From: an uncultured delta proteobacterium
GTDB taxonomy: Bacteria > Desulfobacterota > Zymogenia > Zymogenales > Zymogenaceae
Assembly: GCA_963792965.1 (NCBI GenBank)
Contig: CAWBYW010000016.1
Location: forward strand, 115,925-179,924
Length of the DNA: 64,000 bases
Direction: 5' to 3'
Made by a program: the position numbers and the translations under genes. Positions 7,314 to 17,788 of the stretch are shown here, piece after piece (position 1 is the stretch's first letter; the number at the start of each line of letters is the position of its first letter). The notes under the pieces are model-generated. The model had not been told where the DNA came from. It saw only the letters and a program-made list of their open reading frames with translations, and did not search any database.

Positions 7314-10300
7314 TTACTTTGCGTTCGGCCGTATGGGCTTGGGCGGGATCGGGGTTTTCTTCTCCTCTTTTGGGATCTTTTCGTCGACCGTGGAGAGAAG
7401 CTCGGTGATCTCCGCATCGTCGGGGAGCCCGTTTTTAGCCAGCTTCAGGTACTTCTTTGCCTCGGTATAGTTCTTCATCTGAAAATAGATGAGCCCGAGC
7501 GCTTTTTCCGCCGGCGCGTTTTCGGCCTTGAGGACGAGGGATCGATTGGCCAGCTTCAGCGCCCTATCGAGCTTCTTGTTTTCTTTCGCGTACAGGAGTG
7601 CCGTGTCGGACCAGACCGAGTAGTCGCTCGGGTCAAGCGCGAGCGATTTCTCGTAATATTTGAGGGCCTCCGACACCTTTCCGTTCCTGAGGTAGTAATC
7701 GCCGATGGTACGGAAGGTGGCATAGTCGTTCGGCTTGAGCTTGACCAGCGCAAGGTAGGCCGCCTCCGCCTTTTCGGGGTCGGGTTTGGCCTCATAGGTC
7801 TCGGCAAGCCCGAGCATCGCGGGGTAGTTGTCCGGTTTTGTCGCCAGCGCCGCCGTCAACAGCTCAACCGCTTTGTCATACTGCCCCGTGCGGGAATAGC
7901 ACTGGCCCAACAGATAGTAGACATCGGTGTTGTCGGGGGCCATCTCCCGCGCCTTTTCGAGATACCCGATGGCTTCATCAAACTTCCCGGCGATCCTCAG
8001 CCCGTCGCCAAGGTCGATGTAGGGCCTCGGGTCGTCGGGGTAGCTCTTCATGAGGTTGGTGTTGAATTCACGCAGCTTATCGAGCGCAACGTCGTAATCC
8101 GGCTTTATCGAGAGACAACGCTTGAGGGAGAGCATCGCCTCTTCCGACCATCCCCGCACGGCGAAGATGACGCCGAGGTTGTAGTGGGCCTTGTAGTTTT
8201 CGGGCTGGATGCGCACGACGTTGTTGAAGGCCGAGATCGCCTCGTCATAGGAGCCGAGCTTGACGTAGTTGGTGCCGAGGACGAAATAGAGGTCGGCGTT
8301 GTCCGGCTCGATCTCAAGCGCTTTCCAGATCGTATCGACGGCGAGCTTGTATTGGCCGGTGTTGGAGTAGCACTCGGCGACGTAGAGCATTGCCTGGATG
8401 TTTTTCGGATCCCGTGAGATCACGTCCGCAAAGACCCCGAGCGCCTTCTCGTAGAGTCCCCCGTCGAAATAGGTCTGCCCGAGCAGTATCTGCGCGTCGC
8501 TATAATCCGGCTTGACTTCAAGCGCCTTTCCGAGGGCCTTGGCCGCTTCGTCGTAGTTGGCCAGTTGGTGATAGGCAAGCCCGAGCATGAACAGGCCGTC
8601 GACGTATTCCGGGGAGTAGGAGACCGCCTTCTTGAAATATTCGAGGGCTTCCGGCGTCTTGCCGCCTTCCATCTTCAGAATACCGATCTGATAGTAGGCC
8701 AGGTAGTTATCCGGGGACTGCTCGATCGATTTTTCGTAGTTCAGGGTGGCATTGTCGGTATCTCCGAGCTTCCAGTAGACCTGGCCGAGGCTGTAATAGA
8801 CCAAAAACTGGTTGGGATCGAGCTTGAGCGACTCCTCGTAGGCCGCAATCGACTTGTCGTATTCTTCCCGGTAGTAGTAGACCTTACCGACCCCCTTGTA
8901 GGAGCGGGGGTTGGCCGGATCGATGTCTTGCGCGCGCTCGTAGTAGTCCATGGCCTTGTCGAGCTCACGGTTATCGAGGTAGGTCTCGGCCATGAGGATC
9001 AGCGCATCAAAAAAGCGGGGGTCGATCTTGACTGCCATATCCAAGAGCGCCATGCCGTTGGTCTTTTCTCCCTTTGCGATATAGATATCCGCAAGCGAGT
9101 AGAGGGCCGTCGTGTTCTTCGGGTCGATCTCGACGACCTTCCGGAAGGTCTCGATGGCCGTGTCCTTCTGGCCCAGAAAGGCATAGAGATTGCCGAGGGC
9201 GAGGTAGGCGTCGACATACTTCGGATCCGTGTCGATGGCCTTCTTAAGTATGCGACGATGGCCGATTTCACGTCGCCGGCCTCGACATAGATCCTGGCCC
9301 TGTTATAGTATCCGGGCGCGTATCCCGGTTGTATCTTTATGGCCTTATCGATCGCGGCGATCGCCTTTTTCTTCTCCCCCATGGCAAGGTAGACACGCGA
9401 GAGCTCCACGTAGGCCTCGTAGTAGTCGGGCTTGAGCTTGATGGCCCGCTCCAGCGTGGCGACGGCATCACCGAACCTGCCGAAGGACGCATACGACCTG
9501 CCGATGGCAAGGTACGCCGGGTAGAAATCGGGCTTTATCTTCAACACGCCCTCATAGACCGATATCGCCCGGTCGATATCGCCGATGGCCAGCGCCACTC
9601 TCCCGATGTGGTCGTATCCGTCCACGAAATCGGGCCTGAGCTCCACGGCCTTCAGGTATGCCGCCAGGGCGTCCCGTGATTTCCCCTGGGCCTCCAGCAC
9701 CGCCCCGAGCTCGTCGTATGCCAGGTAGTGGTGGAATCCAGGGCGACGGCCTCGTTGAGGAACTGCTCGGCCATGACGTATTCGCCCTTCTTGAAGTAGG
9801 CGACGCCGAGGCCGTAGTCTATATCGGCATCCTTCGCGTCAAGGGCGAGTGCTCGGGAGAAGACCCCGATGGCGTTATCGGTGTCGCCCGTCAAAAGGTA
9901 GATCGTCCCGAGCTCGGAGAGGACCTTCGGGTTGTCCCCGGCAAGGGCCAGCGCCCGGGTAAGGACTGTCACCGCCTCGGCGTATTCCTTCTGAGCGGAG
10001 AAGACTTCGCCCTTGAGGATATAGATGGAAGGATCGGCGGGGCGCAGCTTCTCGGCCCTCGCGAGAAAGGAGAGCGCACCCTCAAGGTTCCCCGAGGCCA
10101 CCGCGTTTCTTGCCGAGAGGATGAGCGCGTCGAAGTGGTTGGGATCGATGGTCAACAGCGCGTCGAGCGCCGTTTTGGCCCCGGCGAAGTCTCCGAGGTC
10201 ATACGACAGCTTCGCCATGAGGAGGAGCCCCTCCGGGGAATCCTTCGCCGTCTCGGCCGCCTTCTTATACGCGGCGAGGGCTTCTTTCGTCAGGCCCTCG

Positions 10301-10836
10301 GACGCCAGGAGTTTTCCTATCTTGATATATGCCTCGGTATAGTCAGGCTTGATGTCGACGGCCCGATTGTAGGCCTCAAGCGCCCCGTCGCGGTCGCCCG
10401 CGCCCGCCAGCGCATCGCCAAGGTAGTTGTAGGCAATGAACGAATCGCCGACGATATCGACGGCCTTTTTCAGCGGGTCCGTGGCCTCATCAAACCGTTT
10501 GTCCTCGAGGTAGGTCTTGCCGAGGTTGAAAAAAGCCTCGAAGAACTTCGGGTCAATGGTGACGGCCTCCCGGAAGGCCCGGGTAGCATTCTCGTGATCT
10601 CCCATCGCGAGGTAGACGAGTCCGATCTTATTCTCCGGGCGGGGATCACCGGGGGTGAGGCGGTAGGCGGTTTCAAATTCCTTGAGGGCTTCCTGATACT
10701 CGGCGTTGTTCAGGTAAAAATCGCCCTGGCTCATGGCCGAGAGGAACTCGGTATCGTCGGTCTGGCCCACGAGAGGAGGGACTAGGGAAAGAAGAAGCAT
10801 CACACACAAGGCGCACATCCAAACGGTTCGTTTCAT
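7314..10836 (-). CDS. giant secreted TPR-repeat protein (~1170 aa), two frameshifts as assembled
   Basis: ORF-track fragments 9652..10881, 8999..9700 and 7314..9053 all encode TPR units (…A..Y.KAL.LDP….A…LG…). The signal peptide MKRTVWMCALCVMLLLSLVPPLVG starts at ATG 10834-10836. Frames rejoin if one base is added near 9733 (GG run) and near 9244 (TT run). Confidence 0.75.
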
Positions 10837-13679
10837 CTCTGTTCGCTCACAAAATCGCTTAAGAAAATAACGGTAGTCCATCCTATCGGGGAGCCCGACC
10901 CCATACCCTGTGCAAGATCGCGGACGGTCTGGGCATAGCCGTCAAGAAGAGGGGCCTTCCTGGACGCGGTAATCATTCGAGACAGAAAAGGGGATACCTC
11001 GTCCGGGCGCGCCCCCCGGGGGATCAGCAGATAGGGTGCATCCTTCATGAAGGCCAGGTATTCTATCTGGAAAAACTCCCCGGGAGCGGAGTCTTCGTCG
11101 ATGTCCGATACAACGACGAGGGGTGCCTCCTGCTCCCACCACGCCCGGTCGCCCGGATGCGCGAGGAGGAGCACGGTTGGGGCTCCCACGCCCGTCTCTT
11201 TCGTGTCTGGGTCCGGGAGTCGCCTCACGTCCGTAAAGAGGTCTAATAATCCCTTGTCGACAGGGCCGGCGTCTCCGACGACGGTCACGCTATCCGGCAT
11301 CGTCGGGAGGGCCTGAGGGATCATCGACCGGGGAGAAAGACAGGACGTAAGGAATACGGCGTATTCGGCCGCAAGCGGCACGAACGTCCCGTCCCCGGGA
11401 CTATGCCCGAGGGCGTTGAGCGGAAGTGATGAAAGACGAGGCCCGGGAGATATCCCGAGCGTGGTGACGCCGTCGAGCTCCCCGATCAGAGGGGCAATCA
11501 GTATTGAGTAGAGGTGGTCCGATGCCGCGGCAAATGGGGGAAGCGCGGCCGCCGTCGACCCCTCGGGGGCGGGAGCGGCGACGGGGGGTGTGGAGATTTC
11601 CTTCTTTAGGTCCCGCACAAGCCCCGCGGCTTCCTCCTGTGTTGTCCCGAGTTTTACGACGGATGTCCCCCGTGATGTGACCACGAATGCAAATGCGGCC
11701 TCCCCGTCAAAGTAGTAGTGGACGAAGGCCGCGCCGTTCGGCACGATCCGCGCAAGGTCGCCCGCGTCGGGCGGCCCGATGCCCATGAAGGCGGCAAGCC
11801 GAGGGGACCGCCGCGCGATCGAGGACACGGCGTCGGAAAGCGCCGCGTTTGCCTCATCGCGGCGTCGGATGATGTCCGTGCGCGAGGATTCGGCAAGCTT
11901 GGTGAAGTCACCCGACAAAAAGACCCCTTGGGCCGCGATCGCGCGCATCGCCGCGTCCCGAAAAAGGCCCACGAGCTCCGCGTCTGTTTTCTTCAGGACG
12001 GGTGGAGACTGAAAGATCCCTCGCGCCACCCACGATCCCTCGGACGAAATGAGGGCCTCAAGCCCCTCCCTCTCTTCCCCGAGCTCCGCACAGAGGCCCA
12101 GGAGCTTATTAAGGGCTCCCGCACGCTCCTCTGTTCCGAAGGAAAGGAGCGCTGCTTCCGGCACATCCGTCCTGATGTCCTCCGAGGTTCGGACGCAAGA
12201 GGCCAGCGCGTCGAAGGCCTTCTCTTTTTGACCGAGGGCGATCCTCACTTCGGCCTCGGCTAAAAGCGCCGCGGCGCGCGTGAGCGGGACATCCTCGGAA
12301 AACGCGAGCGTATGGGCCGAAAGGGCGGCCGCCTCGGCCCCCTTGAGATCGCCCATGGCGATGAGAACCCGCGCCGTCTCGCAGTAGACCGCCGTCTCGC
12401 CGAGGGTCCAGCCGAGATCCTTTGCCACCATAAGGGCGTCCTTCAGGAACAGCGAGGCCGCCTTTGAATCGCCGGCCTTGCGGTAGGCCGTCGAGAGCCC
12501 TATGAGGGCGGTTTCTCTGACCACTTCGTCCTCGATTCTTTCCCCGAGGGTCTCGGCGACCTTGTAGGCCGCTATGGCACCGGGGAAGTCCCCCTCGCCG
12601 GCGAGGATCCGGCCGAGCGTCAGATAAGCACGGCCCAGCCGCCCGGCATCGGCCAGTCTCTCAAAGATCGTGATCGCCTCTCTGATCTTCGCCTCTCCCT
12701 GTTTGTTCTCTTGCTGGGCGGCGTCAATCTCGGCGCCCAGCATGAGGACATCGCCGACGTCAGGCGCCGGCCCCGATGCCCCCACCTCTTTGAGAGTCTC
12801 ATCGGCCTGGCGCTTTGCGGCCTCTCGATCACCCGTGAGGAAGAGAAGCCGCGCCTGCGCAAGCCCGGCTTCGGCGACGTACTCGGGCCTGCCGAGGGTG
12901 CGTGATAGCTCTTGGGCCGCGGCCAGGTCGTCCCGCGCGCCTGCCGCGTCGCCAAGGGATATCCGTGCCCTCGCCAGCCCCATCAGGCACTGATAGATCC
13001 CTTCATCGTTTTCCGCCGTCCGAAAGATATTCTCCGCGGAGAGGTACGACTCGATGCCCCGAACGCGATCCAGGAGGATGTCGGAGGCGACCTCCGCCTG
13101 GATGAAGATCGCCTGGGCCTTGGAGACGAGGATCTCCTTTTCCGGGGCGGAGAGCTTGGCCGGCGTGAGGGGTTTTGTCTTGAGGTCGGCGATATTATTG
13201 AGGTAGGCCGAAAGGGTGGCGGCATCTATCGTGACCCTGGCCGTCACCAATACCATATCGGAGGTAGGGAACGGGGTGGAAGAGACGACCTCGGTTTTCT
13301 TGATATATTTCTTGTAGTCGGGGATGACCAGGGCGTCCAGCGCGTCCTGGAGGCGGAAGAATTCATCTTCGCCGAGGGTCTGGAAGATAGACGTGACAAG
13401 CGCCCTTTTTTCGGCGTCATCGACGGCGGTCGGAAGCGGCGGCTCCGCATCCGAAGGTGTCTTCTGAGCGGGCGCGCCCAGGCCGAGGGAAAAAATGGTG
13501 ACCCCGTCTTCGCCTCCGTTGCCGGCGCCGAAGAGCGGATGCGCGCCGAATGAGACGAATAGAAGGATAAGGAGCACGACTATGCGGTACGTAGTATGGA
13601 TAATAGCCCGAGAAAAAAAGGTCATCGGATAGATCCTCGCCCCGGCCCGATACGGCCTCAGTTCATCGTCGAACATCAC
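10833..13679 (-). CDS. membrane-anchored TPR-like plus CHAT-domain protein
   Basis: 948-aa ORF with an N-terminal TM helix (IVVLLILLFVSFGA), a long helical-repeat region, and a C-terminal CHAT-like pattern (LYSILIAPLIGELDGVTTLGISPGPRLSSLPLNAL ... TVLLLAHPGD ... LVVVSDIDEDS). The stop TGA at 10833-10835 overlaps the ATG of the downstream TPR gene. The alternative start at 13625 (MTFFSR) is possible. Confidence 0.65.
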   Translation of the reverse strand: MMFDDELRPYRAGARIYPMTFFSRAIIHTTYRIVVLLILLFVSFGAHPLFGAGNGGEDGVTIFSLGLGAPAQKTPSDAEPPLPTAVDDAEKRALVTSIFQTLGEDEFFRLQDALDALVIPDYKKYIKKTEVVSSTPFPTSDMVLVTARVTIDAATLSAYLNNIADLKTKPLTPAKLSAPEKEILVSKAQAIFIQAEVASDILLDRVRGIESYLSAENIFRTAENDEGIYQCLMGLARARISLGDAAGARDDLAAAQELSRTLGRPEYVAEAGLAQARLLFLTGDREAAKRQADETLKEVGASGPAPDVGDVLMLGAEIDAAQQENKQGEAKIREAITIFERLADAGRLGRAYLTLGRILAGEGDFPGAIAAYKVAETLGERIEDEVVRETALIGLSTAYRKAGDSKAASLFLKDALMVAKDLGWTLGETAVYCETARVLIAMGDLKGAEAAALSAHTLAFSEDVPLTRAAALLAEAEVRIALGQKEKAFDALASCVRTSEDIRTDVPEAALLSFGTEERAGALNKLLGLCAELGEEREGLEALISSEGSWVARGIFQSPPVLKKTDAELVGLFRDAAMRAIAAQGVFLSGDFTKLAESSRTDIIRRRDEANAALSDAVSSIARRSPRLAAFMGIGPPDAGDLARIVPNGAAFVHYYFDGEAAFAFVVTSRGTSVVKLGTTQEEAAGLVRDLKKEISTPPVAAPAPEGSTAAALPPFAAASDHLYSILIAPLIGELDGVTTLGISPGPRLSSLPLNALGHSPGDGTFVPLAAEYAVFLTSCLSPRSMIPQALPTMPDSVTVVGDAGPVDKGLLDLFTDVRRLPDPDTKETGVGAPTVLLLAHPGDRAWWEQEAPLVVVSDIDEDSAPGEFFQIEYLAFMKDAPYLLIPRGARPDEVSPFLSRMITASRKAPLLDGYAQTVRDLAQGMGSGSPIGWTTVIFLSDFVSEQR

Positions 13680-13705
13680 CGATAGATGATCTCGTGTTCC
13701 CCGTG

Positions 13706-14275
13706 CTATAACCCGAGCTCCCCCGCAATCGTCCCCATCGCCTCGATGCTGAGGGTGACGAACTCCTCAAGCGGTATCCCGATCTCCTCACAGAGCCTGA
13801 TCCCCTCGCGGCTGACGGACCTGGCGAAACCCTTCTCTTTCATCCGCTTGACGACGGAGGAGGGTTTCACCTGGGCGATCTTCTTGTCCGGCTGCACGAG
13901 GGCCGTGGCCACAATCAGCCCGGTGATATTTTCCGCGGCGGTGAGGGCGAAATGGAACGTGTCGGTGCGGGAAATCCCAAGGGCCTCGGCGTTGTGGCTC
14001 TTGATCGCCTCGATGATCTCGGGGCTTACCCCCTTTTCGACGAGGATCTTTTCAGTCTCGAGTCCGTGGCGCTCGGGGGTATCCTTGGTCGTCGCGTAGT
14101 CAAGGTCGTGAAGCAGGCCCGCGACTCCCCATACCTCGGGGTCTTTTCCGAACCGCGCCGCAAGCCGCCTCATGATCGCCTCGGTGGCCAGGCTGTGCTT
14201 GATCAGGGCCTGATCCGTGACTTTTTCTTTCACGAGCGCCCACGCCTCGTCTCTTGTTACCGTGCGGCCGCTCAT
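13706..14275 (-). CDS. HD/HDIG-domain metal-dependent phosphohydrolase
   Basis: 189-aa ORF with the H...HD signature (IKHSLATEAIM ... AGLLHDLDY). Confidence 0.7.
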   Translation of the reverse strand: MSGRTVTRDEAWALVKEKVTDQALIKHSLATEAIMRRLAARFGKDPEVWGVAGLLHDLDYATTKDTPERHGLETEKILVEKGVSPEIIEAIKSHNAEALGISRTDTFHFALTAAENITGLIVATALVQPDKKIAQVKPSSVVKRMKEKGFARSVSREGIRLCEEIGIPLEEFVTLSIEAMGTIAGELGL

Positions 14276-14733
14276 CGATATCGATTCTCCTTTTCCGTTC
14301 TTTTTTGTTTGTCTTCCAGCATCTTTGCCGTACAGTAGGTGTCGGCCAGCTCACAGGCCTTCGTAATGTCGGCATCGGCCTTATCGGCAAGCCCCATCAT
14401 GTTGTAGCAGCCGCCCCGCTGGTAGAGGGCCTCGGCGTCGTTCGGGTAAAAGCCCAATACCATGGAGAAATCATCCGAGGCCTCTTTCCATTTGAAAAGC
14501 TTTTTATAAGAGAGCCCCCGGTTGAAATAGACGGTCGACAGATCGATCCCCTCTGTCGTTGTGCCGGAAGATGCCGCCTCGATTACGCTCGTCCACAGCT
14601 CGATCGCAGTCCCATAGTCGCCCCTTCTGAAGTGCCGCTGGGCATCGTCATTGACATCTTTAACGCTGGCGGCCGCGGCTATCGAGGCCGCCAGCGAGAG
14701 GATCAGAAGAGAAACACATACGCGCTTTTTCAT
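14272..14733 (-). CDS. small secreted TPR-like protein
   Basis: The signal peptide MKKRVCVSLLILSLAASIAAAAS begins at the internal ATG of ORF 14272..14805. TPR-like helices are present (YGTAIELWTSVIE, YFNRGLSYKKLFKWKEASDDF, AEALYQRGGCYNMMG). Its stop overlaps the HD gene start. Confidence 0.55.
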   Translation of the reverse strand: MKKRVCVSLLILSLAASIAAAASVKDVNDDAQRHFRRGDYGTAIELWTSVIEAASSGTTTEGIDLSTVYFNRGLSYKKLFKWKEASDDFSMVLGFYPNDAEALYQRGGCYNMMGLADKADADITKACELADTYCTAKMLEDKQKRTEKENRYR

Positions 14734-15026
14734 GCTCTGCACCCGCATCGGTAAGATCGGCCTTCTCCCCGGCAATATCTGGTAGTTATCCACAATAATA
14801 TACACAACATGTGGATAGAATAGCGAAAAACAGGGGAAAATTGTTACTTATCATGATGATACGCTGAAATTGTTTTATGATACTGTATTGTGAGAGTATA
14901 GTCAAGCTTTTCCCTTGACGATGACTCCTGCTTATGATATTTAATTATATTTATACACACGGCACTGTTCGGTCTGACACACGGCGTGCGGTATCTTTTC
15001 GGGCCGACGGCTCGATGGGGTCAACG

Positions 15027-15458
15027 ATGAAACAGCTCCTGCTGGTGGATGACCGCAACAAATATTCGAAGATCATCACGAGCTTCTTCACGAAGCGCGG
15101 CTACCTGGTCGACCGCGCCGTCTCCGCCAGAGAGGGGATCAGACTCCTGGGCGAAAGAGGGCTGGATTACTATTGTGTCGTGGTCACGGACATCACCATG
15201 GAGCATCAGCTGGCCGGCCTGACGGTGATCCTGTATCTACACCGAAAGAGGTTTTCGGGGACGGTTGTCATGGCGAGCACCGGCTTCGACGTATTTTTCG
15301 GGATGTTCTTCTCCAAGCTCTTCATGGGAATTTTCGGCGTGCACTATCTCGTTCCCAAGACCACGGTGTTGAAGCACGATTTTGATTTTTACCCGGCCCG
15401 GCTCGGCTCGCAACCGCAAAAAGAGTTCACCGAGGTTACCGCCGCACTCGGGGCTTGA
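15027..15458 (+). CDS. receiver (CheY-like) domain protein, atypical C-terminus
   Basis: MKQLLLVDD acidic pocket and VVVTDITM phospho-acceptor-like Asp. Start taken at ATG 15027 inside ORF 14934..15458. No recognisable output domain. Confidence 0.45.
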   Translation: MKQLLLVDDRNKYSKIITSFFTKRGYLVDRAVSAREGIRLLGERGLDYYCVVVTDITMEHQLAGLTVILYLHRKRFSGTVVMASTGFDVFFGMFFSKLFMGIFGVHYLVPKTTVLKHDFDFYPARLGSQPQKEFTEVTAALGA

Positions 15459-15575
15459 CCGTAGGATCGTAGCTGCGATTGAGCCCTCAGAATCATCACC
15501 ACAGCAAACCTCCTCGTAAGGGGCGGTGAGTGTCGACAAAATAAAGTACATAATCTATTAAGAAAGGAGCATCCT

Positions 15576-16589
15576 ATGAAACGGTTTGTACTTCTTACGT
15601 TAGTGGCGGCCCTGATCGTCCCCCTGGCCTTCGGGATCACCGGCTGCGCGAAGGAAAAGAAACATTACCTCATCGGCATCTCCCAGTTCGTCGAGCACCC
15701 GGCGCTTGATGCCGTTCGCAACGGATTCATCGACTACCTCAAGGAGAACGGCTACGTGGAAGGGGAGAACGTGACGTATGATATTAATCTGGCCCAGGCC
15801 GATTTCGGAACGGCGGCGCAGATCGCGGAGAAGCTTGTCGGGATGAAGCCGGATCTGGTTCTTACCATCGCCACTCCCTCCTCCCAGGCCATGGTCAAGG
15901 CGACCGCGGAAATCCCCATCGTCTTTTCCGCCGTGACCGACCCGGTCGGAGCGGGGTTGGTGAGCTCGCTTTCCGGCGGCGGGAAGAACGTGACCGGGAC
16001 CTCGGACCTCTCCCCCGTAGACAAGCAGCTTGAGCTCATCAAGAAGATCGTACCGAACATCAAGAAGCTCGGCTTTATCTACAACGCCGGCGAGTCCAAC
16101 TCCCTGACTTCTCTCAAGCAGGCCAAGGAAGCGGCCGCCAAGCTCAACATTGAGATCGTCGAGGCCACCGTCACCAACTCAAGCGAGGTCTTGATGGCGG
16201 CTCAATCCCTGGTGGGCAAGGTGGACGCCATTCACGTCCCCACGGACAACACCGTCGTTTCCGCCTTTGAGGCGATCACCAAGGTCTGCATCGACAATAA
16301 GATCCCCCTCTTCGCGGCGGACGTCGATTCGGTCCCGCGGGGCGCCGTCGCGGCCCTCGCGATTGACTACTATCGCCTCGGCCAGCAGACAGGCAGGATG
16401 GCCATCGAAATCCTCAAGGGAAAGAAACCGGGCGACATGCCGGTCGAAACCCTCGAAGATCTGCTGCTTTATGTCAACCTCGATTCCGCCAAGAAGATGG
16501 GCGTGACGATCCCGGCCGACGTGCTTGATAAGGCCGACAAGAAGATCGAAGAAATCTCGGCGCCGACGCCCGCGGAAGAAAAGAAGTAG
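15576..16589 (+). CDS. ABC transporter substrate-binding lipoprotein (PF04392-type ABC_sub_bind)
   Basis: Lipobox LAFGITGC. The YLIGISQFVEHPALDAVRNGFIDYLKENGY... pattern is typical of this binding-protein family. It is followed by permease and ATPase genes. Confidence 0.8.
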   Translation: MKRFVLLTLVAALIVPLAFGITGCAKEKKHYLIGISQFVEHPALDAVRNGFIDYLKENGYVEGENVTYDINLAQADFGTAAQIAEKLVGMKPDLVLTIATPSSQAMVKATAEIPIVFSAVTDPVGAGLVSSLSGGGKNVTGTSDLSPVDKQLELIKKIVPNIKKLGFIYNAGESNSLTSLKQAKEAAAKLNIEIVEATVTNSSEVLMAAQSLVGKVDAIHVPTDNTVVSAFEAITKVCIDNKIPLFAADVDSVPRGAVAALAIDYYRLGQQTGRMAIEILKGKKPGDMPVETLEDLLLYVNLDSAKKMGVTIPADVLDKADKKIEEISAPTPAEEKK

Positions 16590-16689
16590 GCGCACGTGCG
16601 CAGACGGATACCGCCGGAAGTCGCCGTCGGCGCTCCGACCGGTCGATACCGGTGCCGAGTCGGGAGTTTTCGAACATCGAAGGTAAAAC

Positions 16690-16731
16690 GAGACGGGGTG
16701 GGATATCGATTCTCACCCCGTCTCTTTTTTT
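16690..16731 (+). terminator. intrinsic terminator after the binding-protein gene
   Basis: Stem GAGACGGGGTG (16690-16700) / CACCCCGTCTC (16714-16724), followed by TTTTTTT (16725-16731). Confidence 0.7.
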
Positions 16732-16843
16732 GTCACGACGGCGGCGCCGGGCTTTTCCCTTGACCATATAAAGTTATTGTGATATTTAACTACTTTTAAT
16801 AATTGATTTTCGAGCCCGGCCTTTCAAGTACCGTGACCTGGAG

Positions 16844-17788
16844 GTGGCGCACGTGTCGTTGTATGCCCTCATGGGTGCGATCTCACAGGGCCTCGTCTAT
16901 TCCCTGATGGCGCTCGGGGTTTACCTTACGTTTCGGGTCTTGGATTTCCCCGACCTCACGGTGGACGGCAGCTTCCCGCTCGGGGCTTCGGTGAGCGCCG
17001 TGTTGATCACACACGGGGTAAACCCGTTCCTGACGCTCCCCGCGGCCATAGCCGCCGGGATGCTGGCCGGCCTCGCCACGGGCTTTCTCTCCACGAAGCT
17101 GCACATCCTTAATCTCCTGGCCTCGATCCTAACGATGATCGCACTCTATTCCATCAACTTGAGGATCATGGGCAAGCCAAACATCTCCCTCCTCAACAGG
17201 AAGACCGTCTTTGACTACTTTTCGGCCCTCAGGGATTTCATGGTGGGTCTCGGCATCCCCGAGTCGGTGATGGTCCCCCTTCTCTTCCTTGCGATCATCA
17301 TCCTCGTCAAGATCGCCCTTGATTTCTTCCTCCACACGGAGCTCGGATTGGCGCTGCGCGCCACCGGCGACAACCCCCATATGATCCGGGCGCAGGGCGT
17401 CAATACGAACTTCACCATCATGCTGGGCGTTGCGATCTCAAACGGCCTTGTCGCGTTGTCCGGGGCGCTCTTTTCCCAGAACCAGGGGAGCGCGGACGTC
17501 AACATGGGGGTAGGGACGATCGTGGCGGGGCTCGCTTCGGTGATCGTCGGGGAGGCCGTCATAGGAGAGATGACCGTATTTCGGGCGACGATCGGCGTTA
17601 TCATCGGGTCGGTCATCTACCGACTCGCCATCGCCGTGGCCCTGCAGATCAAGATCGGAAGCCTCCAGATCACCCCGAGCGACCTGAAGCTCATCACGGC
17701 GATTCTCGTGATCATCGCACTGACCCTTCCCACGTTCAGGAATAAGATCAAGATCGGCATCTTCCGAAGGGGAGGGACCCAACAATGA
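16844..17788 (+). CDS. ABC transporter permease (branched-chain/BPD_transp_2-like)
   Basis: 314-aa polytopic membrane ORF with a GTG start after GGAGG. Overlaps the ATPase start by 4 nt. Confidence 0.8.
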   Translation: MAHVSLYALMGAISQGLVYSLMALGVYLTFRVLDFPDLTVDGSFPLGASVSAVLITHGVNPFLTLPAAIAAGMLAGLATGFLSTKLHILNLLASILTMIALYSINLRIMGKPNISLLNRKTVFDYFSALRDFMVGLGIPESVMVPLLFLAIIILVKIALDFFLHTELGLALRATGDNPHMIRAQGVNTNFTIMLGVAISNGLVALSGALFSQNQGSADVNMGVGTIVAGLASVIVGEAVIGEMTVFRATIGVIIGSVIYRLAIAVALQIKIGSLQITPSDLKLITAILVIIALTLPTFRNKIKIGIFRRGGTQQ

